From contig JBGLNL010000001.1 in assembly GCA_041300025.1 (NCBI GenBank), forward strand, positions 683,888-747,887: a DNA stretch of 64,000 bases. The letters are read 5' to 3'. Within the stretch, counting starts at the first letter, position 1, and each line of letters opens with the position of its first letter. The notes under the pieces are model-generated. The model did not search any database. It was given only the letters and a program-made list of their open reading frames with translations, and was not told the origin of the DNA. The translations under genes were made by a program, and so were the position numbers. Positions 35,530-43,875 of this stretch are shown here, one piece after another. The DNA is from Dehalococcoidia bacterium (GTDB taxonomy: Bacteria; Chloroflexota; Dehalococcoidia; SZUA-161; SpSt-899).

Positions 35530-36364
35530 ATGCCCAAATGCGCCAAAAGGGGTATCCGTAAGGACGCCCAAGGCCCAGCTAGTCTTCATCGCGGTCGCTC
35601 CTAAAATCATCCCCCTCAGGATATGTCCCCACGGACTCCTCGTACTTTCTTGCCTTCCTCGTCTCGTCTATGGAATGAGGCGTGTCTATTTGCGTCGGGA
35701 TAGATGCCCCTTGCGCTATTGTGACAGGCTACGCCTGCTGGAAAGGGAGTTCGGAGACAGGCACCTCTGTGAGATCTCTCAAAAGGAGATCCTTGAACAC
35801 CGAAACAGGGTCGCCTCGGAGACTTCAAATCTCACCTCCAACAGAATTTTCATTCTCAAGCAAATTTTCAAGCAGGGAATGGAAATGAACGCGATCAAGA
35901 ACGATCCGGTTGCTGCCATGTCATACCTCAGTGAGAAGAAGCATGTCAGGAACGAGTTCCTCATGCCTCCGGAATCGGATCACCTACTTGAGGCGTGCCA
36001 GAAACTGCGATCAAGAGATTTGTTACCGGCGGCGATCTGTCTGGGAGCTGAACATGGAGCTTCGAAGCAGGAAATCCTGGATCTGAAATGGACCGACATC
36101 GATTTCGAGTTCGAGGGGAGCGCCCGCATCAAAGCCTCGGATATCTTACCCCGGCTGAGGTCCACTATGCTCACTGAGAATCCATATTCAAGGCAATGGG
36201 CATCCACCTTATTTTTCCAATTTTGTGGTCTTGACAATGGGGTCAACCTCAAGGATCTCGCCAGGTTCTATGCGAACTCGAAAGAAACGAAAGAATCTAG
36301 TAAGCTATACAGAAGCCACACAGAGGTCAAAAAGGGGTCTCTGAACAGAAAAAGAGCCGATTAG
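35530..36364 (+). pseudogene. Tyrosine integrase, frameshifted and internally degraded
   Basis: ATG 35530 gives MPKCAKRGIRKDAQG (typical integrase N-terminus), then a stop at 35602. A second frame continues with SAM-like-domain sequence and LDLKWTDIDFE (box I region, Arg lost). The C-terminus is degenerate. It ends 35 nt from the tRNA-Ala 3' end. Confidence 0.6.
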
Positions 36365-36394
36365 GGGTTGCCTAACCCGCTCTTTTTCTTGATC

Positions 36395-36445
36395 TTTTTG
36401 GTGGAGCTGGACGGGATCGAACCGACGGCCTCATGAATGCCATTC
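36395..36445. repeat. att-type direct repeat, right copy (inside intact tRNA-Ala)
   Basis: Identical to 28316-28366. Confidence 0.9.
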
Positions 36446-36474
36446 ATGCGCTCTCCCAACTGAGCTACAGCCCC
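36399..36474 (-). tRNA. tRNA-Ala(GGC), CCA encoded
   Basis: The reverse complement is GGGGCTGTAGCTCAGTTGGGAGAGCGCATGAATGGCATTCATGAGGCCGTCGGTTCGATCCCGTCCAGCTCCACCA. It has the G3:U70 identity pair and anticodon loop AU-GGC-AU. Confidence 0.95.
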
Positions 36475-36475
36475 C

Positions 36476-36581
36476 CGCAGAGCGCCATCTGCTGTATGTA
36501 GCTTGCACTCGTGCGCGGGATCATCTTCTCGTAACCGGCGTTGAGCCAGCATCAGAGTTCCTGGACGATCTGGATAGATAG
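36476..36581 (+). pseudogene. UvrD/PcrA-like superfamily-1 helicase, C-terminal ~33-aa remnant
   Basis: The frame reads ..ERHLLYVACTRARDHLLVTGVEPASEFLDDLDR*, the helicase motif VI/terminal region. The 5' side is cut off at the tRNA. Confidence 0.5.
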
Positions 36582-36596
36582 GTGCTAAGGGGAAAT

Positions 36597-37370
36597 ATGT
36601 ACAAACTCGCAATTGATAAACTGACGTTTGTGAATAATTTACTGGAATGGTATAATAAGTCTCTTTCTAATCCCAATTCGAAAGTGCTGCCGCATCCCGA
36701 GTATGGTCGCTGGAAGAAGTGGAGCGATGACCGTATTTGGTGTTCTGTATTTTTCAGCATCGGAGTCAAAGGAGGGTCAAGAGCGGCACGGGATTATTTG
36801 GAGTCAATCGAAAAAGGATTGGAAGAATTTGAATTACCGATTGCCAGTCTTACCCCGCTTGAGTTTGGTGATAGAATGCGGAAAATATGGCGATTTGGAC
36901 GTGGATACAATCGTTCAGGAAAGGCGCTGGGGAGATTCTTTAGCAAAGATGAGAATTTCGGAAGAAAAAATAGCTTTGAAAAAAGCATAGCTGAATCTTT
37001 TGGAGTATTAGAAAAACACGGTTTTGCGAAATGGTTTCGGGAAATTTCCGAGTATAATGACGATCGTAAAAAAGCTCATTTCATGGAAGAATTGCCGGGT
37101 GTAGGTCTTAAAGTTTCCCGTGATTTCTTGAATGATATTGGGATGACGAATTCACTAATTGCCCTGGATATTCATGTTCTCGCCGAAATGAGAGACACTT
37201 GGAAATGGGCCGTACCGCCGACTACGCCCAATGATAGAACGATCTATGAAGCGATTGAAGATGGCGTCAGGGCAGTTGCAGAGTCAATTGGAGTGACAGT
37301 TCTTGAAATTGATAAGGCAATATACTTTTCGCGCATGACTGCTGAATTCAGACTAAATAGAAATGACTAA
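36597..37370 (+). CDS. HhH DNA-glycosylase-like protein (archaeal OGG / OGG-fold family)
   Basis: ELPGVGLKVSRDFLNDIGMTNSLIALDIHV resembles the Ogg2-type helix-hairpin-helix block (GIGxKxASxFLRxxG...AIxDxHI). The rest is unrecognised. Confidence 0.55.
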   Translation: MYKLAIDKLTFVNNLLEWYNKSLSNPNSKVLPHPEYGRWKKWSDDRIWCSVFFSIGVKGGSRAARDYLESIEKGLEEFELPIASLTPLEFGDRMRKIWRFGRGYNRSGKALGRFFSKDENFGRKNSFEKSIAESFGVLEKHGFAKWFREISEYNDDRKKAHFMEELPGVGLKVSRDFLNDIGMTNSLIALDIHVLAEMRDTWKWAVPPTTPNDRTIYEAIEDGVRAVAESIGVTVLEIDKAIYFSRMTAEFRLNRND

Positions 37371-37694
37371 ATCAGTATGGGTGTTTCATATTTGTGACCA
37401 TCCTGTGTCCACACCCCGCCAAAAGAGGCGGAAACAGATACAACCAGACAAAAGAATACAAAAACAAAATTTTATCCTTAATTCTTGAGTGTCAACGTAA
37501 TACGCTGGTATGCAATGGCTTGAGGGTAATGTGGTCGGAGAATCCCAGCGCCTCCGCTTTATTGCGCACCGAACTTTATTATCATTTCATTATCGACAAT
37601 TATTCATTTTCTTCTCAAAGTCTAATTTCAAACTGACTCGCAGCCATTCAATATAAGTCATTGCAAAAAACTGAAATTCAACATATTTTTTAAT

Positions 37695-39125
37695 ATGGGC
37701 AGAACGATATTAGACGTTGACCCGCTGATACTTAGAGACCGCCTGCATGCGCTCTTCTTGTGCAGCCAATCGGTTATGAATGTAGCGGTCGAAATGCTTC
37801 TGAAAAGTCACCGGTTCAAAATCAAATTGGAAATAGCTGGCGCAACCAATCCGGGCTATTCACTCTTTATAAAAATAGCCAATAAGTTGAAAGTTGATTA
37901 CATTACTCCGGAAATTCCAGAAGAATTAAGGCCTTTTCCATTGAAATGGATATCAGATAAAAGTACCGCAAATTTAAGAACCTGGATACCGGAGATGAAA
38001 GATAGAGAGGGAGATTATCATATTCTCCTCCCTTTCTATTTACGATATCATCTCGATAAACTGCGGGAACGAGAACCCAATTTCCCCATGCCACAAATCG
38101 ATAACTTGTATTTATTATCCCGCTGGGAAGAATGTTTTGTATACCAGGTTCCATTATCAATAACGGCATTAAAGGATCTTCTTTCCTATGAAAGATTCCC
38201 ATATCTTTCAATCCCATCACCCCTTTTCAGTTTTATCGGGACAGGTTTTGTGGAGCAGCGACTTTTTCGATTGGACGATCTTTCGCAATTATATCTTGGT
38301 TTTTGCAGCGGGCCAGAAAAATGGAACCTTGTCAACGGGGTTGAAATAGAGAAGCACCCCTACAACATGGCATTGAGAAATAAACTCAGTGCGATGACCT
38401 TGCGATCAGGAAATCGCAGGACACCCTCATATCCGGTATTGGTGCGGCATTTTACTTGGGATTTGGAGCAGCTGGGCTTGATTATTGAAAATGCTTCCGT
38501 TCTAAACATGATAAATAAGCATTTGCCGAAGGAAAGAGCGGACAGAATCAGAAACTGCCTTTTATTTAGATTACGTGGCTTATCAGAAGATGAAATCAAA
38601 GGTGAATTGGGTTTTGGGAATCAGGAAGAATACTATGAATGGCAAGTCGCTAACAGGATCAATATCATCTCTAAAGATTACCGTGATCCGTATGATGCCT
38701 GGCAGAATGCCTGTGAGTTTTTTGAAATTGAACCAAATATCGAAATACTGGACAATGTTCAAATCTCGGCAGCTACAAAAGATGAACCGAACGCAAGTGA
38801 TTCCGGGCCGACCGGGATTCAACTCCCTCCGATTACAATCGCCAGGCACTCAGACGGTTTTGCTTCAATCGTAACATCTAATGGCAAATCTATATCATTA
38901 ACCGGGAAACAAGCTCATTTAATATCCAAACTTCACGAAGCATATGTTAACGGCACACCCGAGCTATTACAGGCTCGTTTTATAAACGAAATTTATGGTG
39001 AGGTAAAAGAAAACCGGCTCCAGAAGCTTTTCGGGAACAACGACGCTTGGAACGAGCTTATTGAAAAAGGAAGAAGAAAGGGTCTTATACGTTTGAAAGC
39101 CATAAAACCCGATAATTCGGATTAA
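37695..39125 (+). CDS. Hypothetical 476-aa protein with a possible sigma-70 region-4/LuxR-like HTH
   Basis: The long ORF looks coding by eye. ADRIRNCLLFRLRGLSEDEIKGELGF is HTH-like. No catalytic motif recognised. Confidence 0.5.
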   Translation: MGRTILDVDPLILRDRLHALFLCSQSVMNVAVEMLLKSHRFKIKLEIAGATNPGYSLFIKIANKLKVDYITPEIPEELRPFPLKWISDKSTANLRTWIPEMKDREGDYHILLPFYLRYHLDKLREREPNFPMPQIDNLYLLSRWEECFVYQVPLSITALKDLLSYERFPYLSIPSPLFSFIGTGFVEQRLFRLDDLSQLYLGFCSGPEKWNLVNGVEIEKHPYNMALRNKLSAMTLRSGNRRTPSYPVLVRHFTWDLEQLGLIIENASVLNMINKHLPKERADRIRNCLLFRLRGLSEDEIKGELGFGNQEEYYEWQVANRINIISKDYRDPYDAWQNACEFFEIEPNIEILDNVQISAATKDEPNASDSGPTGIQLPPITIARHSDGFASIVTSNGKSISLTGKQAHLISKLHEAYVNGTPELLQARFINEIYGEVKENRLQKLFGNNDAWNELIEKGRRKGLIRLKAIKPDNSD

Positions 39126-39248
39126 TCTTAAAATTTCTGTGGGTGACAGCAATTCACCCAGAAAACTCCCCCAAAAAAACGTCGATTTCGCCTAACCACC
39201 CAGGTATACACCCACGTAGCTCCCCACTTGGTGTATTAGTCTCCTTGC

Positions 39249-39506
39249 ATGAAAAAGGGACGATTATTAGATGATCGTTTAAGGCGCAGTAATAATGGCG
39301 AGCAAGCTATTTCATCCCCTAATTGCGCCGGATTGGAACATCAAGCTGTGAAGGAGCCCTCATCGCCGGGGGATAATTTCACATTTAAAACCATTGAACT
39401 CGCCCCGCTGGACGACCAAACACTCGATCTTGAGAACTGGTTAGCCGGTCTTTTTGTCGAATATTGGCTGTCAAAAGGGCGAGCAAGTCAAAAGGAGATA
39501 GAATAA
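39249..39506 (+). CDS. Hypothetical 85-aa protein
   Basis: The ORF abuts the next gene (stop TAA 39504-39506, ATG 39507). No motif recognised. Confidence 0.35.
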   Translation: MKKGRLLDDRLRRSNNGEQAISSPNCAGLEHQAVKEPSSPGDNFTFKTIELAPLDDQTLDLENWLAGLFVEYWLSKGRASQKEIE

Positions 39507-39740
39507 ATGAACGCAGAAGTCTATAAAACATCTGACATCGCGTTGGCGGCTTATTTGTCGATGCAGGGATTTTCTATACGGGGGGTGGCATTTAATGGCG
39601 ACCGAAGATCTGTCTTTCAGTTCGAAGATGAACCGGGTTGCCAGGAACATGTCCTGAGATTTTTCAACCGCAATACAATGGTTGAACCAATCGCTTTTCT
39701 TGACCATGTCAAGAGCCTGAAGGCGATGATTAAGCAGTAA
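39507..39740 (+). CDS. DUF5659 domain protein
   Basis: YKTSDIALAAYLSMQGFSI...DRRSVFQFED......F....MVEP..F...VKSLKAMI matches the DUF5659 pattern common in phages and mobile elements. Confidence 0.6.
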   Translation: MNAEVYKTSDIALAAYLSMQGFSIRGVAFNGDRRSVFQFEDEPGCQEHVLRFFNRNTMVEPIAFLDHVKSLKAMIKQ

Positions 39741-39779
39741 ATAATAATCTGATGAGATGTGATGATATGAAAATTCGGT

Positions 39780-40526
39780 ATGAAAACAAGTGATAAAATT
39801 GTCGGGGGACTGGGAGCATCTTCGGAGCTGTCCAAAAAGCTACATCACCCGGGACCGGATATCAGGCCATGTGTGGCACAGATGCTTGAATCCTCATATA
39901 CAAAGGGGGATTATCCCAATCGGAATGCCGCGGCTCATATAATCGCTTGTGAACTTAGGCGAATCGGGTGTTCTCATGATGAGGTCCTGCAGCGAATAAT
40001 AGCATGGAATGATGGAAATACCGCGCCATTAAGTATATCTGAATATTCCAAGGCGGTTCGCAGTGCATTTGCCAAAGACTATAATTATTCCTGTTATCAT
40101 CATTTCTTAGAACCGACTTGCATTGGACCCGACGCATGTCCGTTTTCATCAAGAGTTAAATCGAATCAGAAATATTATAACAATAGAAAATTCATTCGAT
40201 ACCGCTGGCCAGAATTACTTCCTAATGTAGCCATATTGATATACTACATAGCATTAATTGAGCTCGAAAGAATACGGCAGGTCGGGGCAGGGGGAATGAT
40301 ATACGCCAGTTATCGGGAGATCGCCAAATTATGCGGGGTAAATCCCGGATCAATTATGAGAAATCTGGCTATACTGCAAAGCCATGGCCTGATTGAATTG
40401 AAAATTGGAACCCCGCGAAAGTGGGAGAGAAGCGCAACCGAGATAAGGCGCGTTATTCCCATTCCGAGACCATCACAGAATTTATTGAGGAAACTATATG
40501 ATGAAAAACCATACACAGAAAAGTAA
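39780..40526 (+). CDS. PriCT-like domain plus winged-HTH protein (putative replication/regulatory protein)
   Basis: NRNAAAHIIACELRRIGCSHDEVLQRIIAWNDGNTAPLSISEYSKAVRSAFAKDYNYSC resembles primase C-terminal (PriCT) domains. C-terminal YREIAKLCGVNPGSIMRNLAILQSHGLIE is wHTH-like. Confidence 0.45.
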   Translation: MKTSDKIVGGLGASSELSKKLHHPGPDIRPCVAQMLESSYTKGDYPNRNAAAHIIACELRRIGCSHDEVLQRIIAWNDGNTAPLSISEYSKAVRSAFAKDYNYSCYHHFLEPTCIGPDACPFSSRVKSNQKYYNNRKFIRYRWPELLPNVAILIYYIALIELERIRQVGAGGMIYASYREIAKLCGVNPGSIMRNLAILQSHGLIELKIGTPRKWERSATEIRRVIPIPRPSQNLLRKLYDEKPYTEK

Positions 40527-40582
40527 GTTTTCCACACACATTAAGACAGTATCCAATATTTATATAAAGGGGATTATTTCTT

Positions 40583-41098
40583 ATGTCTGTTAATCATTCA
40601 AAAGTAATGCCTTTGAATTTAAAAGAGCTGTTCGGAAGAGAATATAAAATTGAAATAGACGAATCTGCGAATTGCCCTGGTGAGAGTAAAAGCGATCCGT
40701 GGTATTATCGGGTCGCCTGTAAATACGGCCATATATATCCCTATTCCGACAAAAGGCTCGGATTTTATTGCGAAAGCGGAAATATCCGAAACCGTCTTCG
40801 TCAGGAGCATCCTGAGATTGATGTCTTTAATTGGAGTGATGACGGCGGGGCAGTCTTCCTGTTTCCCGTTGGACTTTTTAAACTAATATCCGGCTACGCC
40901 AAACCGAGGCAAAAACGGAGACTATCCCAGGAGCATCGCCGAAGACTGGAATTAGCGGGACAGCGATACAAATTTAAACCTTTAAAACATGGGTCTGAGA
41001 GCGTGAAATCGACTCAAATTTCAACGAAAGGAGTCGGGGTAGTAATAGGGGGGAGATGGTCAGGCCAGAGAAACGCGCTTGGAGATTCAAAAAGCTAA
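40583..41098 (+). CDS. Hypothetical 171-aa protein (mobile-element associated)
   Basis: DPWYYRVACKYGHIYPYSD...PRQKRRLSQEHRRRLE pattern. No function known to me. Confidence 0.4.
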   Translation: MSVNHSKVMPLNLKELFGREYKIEIDESANCPGESKSDPWYYRVACKYGHIYPYSDKRLGFYCESGNIRNRLRQEHPEIDVFNWSDDGGAVFLFPVGLFKLISGYAKPRQKRRLSQEHRRRLELAGQRYKFKPLKHGSESVKSTQISTKGVGVVIGGRWSGQRNALGDSKS

Positions 41099-41288
41099 TT
41101 TGAGGGATTAAAATGATGTTGAAATTCATTAGGCATATTCACCTGGTAAATTATCCGCCAGCGAGTGACAACAATTGCCATTTAGGATTCGCTCGTAAGG
41201 CACCATCCGATAGAATGTTATCGAATAAACGTATCACCAGGGAATTGGTGATAACCCTATTGATTTCGAATTGTATAGCAGGGGGTAT

Positions 41289-41870
41289 ATGGGCATGCCA
41301 GTAGGCAAAGGGGTCTGGTATCCCAAGACAAGAACGAGCGAGTGCCTCCAGATTGATATGGCATATCTGAACAAGCATTTTGACCTCGAAAAAGAACATT
41401 CGGCTACTATGTCGTGGACAGGCAGTTTTGGCAAAAGGGACCGCGTTTGTATTCGTATTGAACCGCCCGGGTTTATCAGGCTTATCTACACTATCACCAA
41501 GAAGTCAGGCGAAAAAATTGATATGAATTACCGAGTTTATATGGATATGACTGAGTGTAATTTAGGTGGAATACGATACTGGTTTGTCTGCCCAATATGT
41601 CAAAGAAGATGTCGCGTAATATATCTCCCTCCCGGCGGCCATCGCTTTACGTGTCGTATCTGTAACAACCTGACTTATGCCAGCACTCAGGAAGGCTATC
41701 CGAGATGGAAGGCGATACAAGAAGCGACCTTCATGTTGCCAAAATGGGAAAGACAGTATTTCAGGGCCAGGTCAGATAAGAAACGCCAGCGATTGCTAAA
41801 AAAGATGAGACGGGTTGAATCAGGTTTGAAAGCTTTTATTGCCTGGAGCAAACGAGTTCTTAGAGAATGA
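41289..41870 (+). CDS. Hypothetical zinc-ribbon protein
   Basis: GGIRYWFVCPICQRRCRVIYLPPGGHRFTCRICNNLTYAS (CPxC...CRxC). Family members are often found beside recombinases. Start choice (41289 versus TTG 41271) is uncertain. Confidence 0.45.
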   Translation: MGMPVGKGVWYPKTRTSECLQIDMAYLNKHFDLEKEHSATMSWTGSFGKRDRVCIRIEPPGFIRLIYTITKKSGEKIDMNYRVYMDMTECNLGGIRYWFVCPICQRRCRVIYLPPGGHRFTCRICNNLTYASTQEGYPRWKAIQEATFMLPKWERQYFRARSDKKRQRLLKKMRRVESGLKAFIAWSKRVLRE

Positions 41871-42139
41871 TAGAACATATGTTCCTATCGATACATTGAC
41901 AGAAATTAGGCATAATGAATTATGAATATTTTATATGTATGTATGCAGGTATTTAATGTTTTTGGTTGACAAAAGAGATAAAAATGGCGATATTAATAAT
42001 GCTAAAGTAATCAAATGTCTGGCTATTTTTGTGTACGAAAGTTTAGCCCGAGCCGGTTTTCTTGTAGCTGGACTGATTACTTTAGCAATAATCTCCGGTG
42101 AAACTGGCTTGGGCTTTATATTTAAGAGGCGGTGATGAG

Positions 42140-43837
42140 ATGAAAGAAAATGTAGCCGTTTATTTCCGATGTAGCACTGATAAACAGGACAATTCGATTG
42201 CTGATCAGCGGAGAATAATCGCTGAGCATGCCATCAAAAATGCTATGCAAATCACGACGTGGTTTGACAAAGACGAAGGGAAATCAGGAACCAGCTTCGA
42301 AAAACGTCCTGATTTTATGAAAATGGTGAAAATTGTGGAATCTGGCAAAAATGATTTCACACGTATCCTCGTTTATGATGTCGATCGATGGGGGAGACCG
42401 ATTGACCCTGACGAATCGACATATTGGGAATACCATTTCAAACGGTACGGAGTTCAGGTAACATATATTTCCGATGAGTCAATTAATGATAATTCTCTGG
42501 CCGGAAGATTAACGAAAAAGATCAAACAGGAACTTGCCACCGAGGAAAGCCGAAAACAATCTCTAAGAGTCCGTGAACGGTCAAAGCTGAGGGCTGCTGA
42601 GGGATTCCGTGTCGGGGGATATGCACCATATGGATATAAACGACTTTTGGTTGAGGCGAATGGAACGCCGATCAAGGTATTGGAACATGGCGAGCGGAAA
42701 TACGAAAAGCATCAACGAGTGATATTGACCCCGGGGAATCCGGAAGAAATAAAAGTGATTAAGAGAATATTCATGCTCAGAACAAAGGGGTATGGTTATA
42801 AATCTATCGCAAATATGCTTAATGAGCGGAATACCCCGTCCCCAGGTAAATTAAGAGGCAATATAAAAAGGGAGACGAAATGGTCAGCCGGTTCAATTCG
42901 GAGCATAATCAGAAATCCAGTATATAAAGGCGACTGGACCTATAACCGGCAAGTTCGTGGCAATTGGGTTAAAGATGAGACGCCAGATATATATTTCCAT
43001 CCCGTAAGCGAGCATATTAATCACAAGAACTCTCATAGCGGCCTTATTTCGACTGAGCAATTCGACCAAGCCAATTCGATTAGGAACTACCAGCCCGGAC
43101 GCCAGACTGTATATAGAAATGGAAGATCGGCATATCTTTTGTCCGGTTTGATTAAATGCAAATCCTGTGGTTATTGTTTCCAGGGCCATATACATAGGAA
43201 TAAATATGGCGAATGGAGATACTATGAAGACGGGGGTTTCTATAGTCGCGGATCATCGGTTTGTTCGTCCTTTCATATTCCCAAAGAATTGATTGAAAGC
43301 TTTGTAATAAAGGAAATAAAAAGGAAGGTTTTTTCGGCAGTGAATATTTCGAGATTGGAATCTCTGATTGAGCAACGACTGATAGCCTATAAATCACTGA
43401 CTCCAGATAATTCCAGGATTGCCAAACTTGAGGGCGAGCTTGCAGATGTAATTGGTCGGCTTGAGAATATCAAAGATGGCATTGAGAAGGGACTGCCGAT
43501 GGACTTTATAGGCGACCGGATTACCATGCTTGAACGTCGGAAACAAGAATTGGAGGCGGAGAAAACCTCGCTACAGAAGAAGGTTGGTAATGGTATAGAT
43601 GCAAATGAGTTTCGACGATCAACATACAATTATCTTGATGAATTTGACAGCGCATTCCAAAATGCGTCGAATATTAAGAAAAAAGAGCTCTTACATGCGT
43701 TTGTTAATCGAATTGAAATAGACAAAAGTCAAGGTGTAGCAACCTGTTACATTCACAAAATACCATCAGAAGTTAAAGTCTATCAATGCCGGAGGTCGGA
43801 CTTGAACCGACATGATGTTGCCATCGGGGGATTTTGA
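42140..43837 (+). CDS. Large serine recombinase
   Basis: VAVYFRCSTDKQ (catalytic Ser), DVDRWGR, a recombinase domain, a zinc ribbon CKSCGYCFQG, and a C-terminal coiled coil (LEGELADVIGRLENIKDG..). The last 17 codons are antisense to tRNA-Leu. Confidence 0.85.
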   Translation: MKENVAVYFRCSTDKQDNSIADQRRIIAEHAIKNAMQITTWFDKDEGKSGTSFEKRPDFMKMVKIVESGKNDFTRILVYDVDRWGRPIDPDESTYWEYHFKRYGVQVTYISDESINDNSLAGRLTKKIKQELATEESRKQSLRVRERSKLRAAEGFRVGGYAPYGYKRLLVEANGTPIKVLEHGERKYEKHQRVILTPGNPEEIKVIKRIFMLRTKGYGYKSIANMLNERNTPSPGKLRGNIKRETKWSAGSIRSIIRNPVYKGDWTYNRQVRGNWVKDETPDIYFHPVSEHINHKNSHSGLISTEQFDQANSIRNYQPGRQTVYRNGRSAYLLSGLIKCKSCGYCFQGHIHRNKYGEWRYYEDGGFYSRGSSVCSSFHIPKELIESFVIKEIKRKVFSAVNISRLESLIEQRLIAYKSLTPDNSRIAKLEGELADVIGRLENIKDGIEKGLPMDFIGDRITMLERRKQELEAEKTSLQKKVGNGIDANEFRRSTYNYLDEFDSAFQNASNIKKKELLHAFVNRIEIDKSQGVATCYIHKIPSEVKVYQCRRSDLNRHDVAIGGF

Positions 43838-43870
43838 GTCCCCTGCGTCTACCAGTTTCACCACTCCGGC
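43787..43870 (-). tRNA. tRNA-Leu(CAA), class II long variable arm, CCA not encoded
   Basis: The reverse complement is GCCGGAGTGGTGAAACTGGTAGACGCAGGGGACTCAAAATCCCCCGATGGCAACATCATGTCGGTTCAAGTCCGACCTCCGGCA. Perfect 7-bp acceptor stem and anticodon loop CU-CAA-AA. Confidence 0.9.
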
Positions 43871-43875
43871 ATTAA

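Larger units (their letters stand above)
28316..36474. mobile_element. tRNA-Ala-integrated genomic island (~8.1 kb) with decayed integrase and a glycan-metabolism cargo
   Basis: 51-bp perfect direct repeats, an intact tRNA at one end only, and tyrosine-integrase remnants adjacent to the intact tRNA. Confidence 0.75.
36476..43870. mobile_element. Serine-recombinase-bearing integrative element or remnant (~7.3 kb); left boundary undefined
   Basis: Eight co-oriented genes, mostly unknown or mobile-element-typical (DUF5659, PriCT-like, Zn-ribbon). A large serine recombinase sits at the right end, abutting tRNA-Leu. Composition is visibly more AT-rich than the flanks (by eye). Confidence 0.6.
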
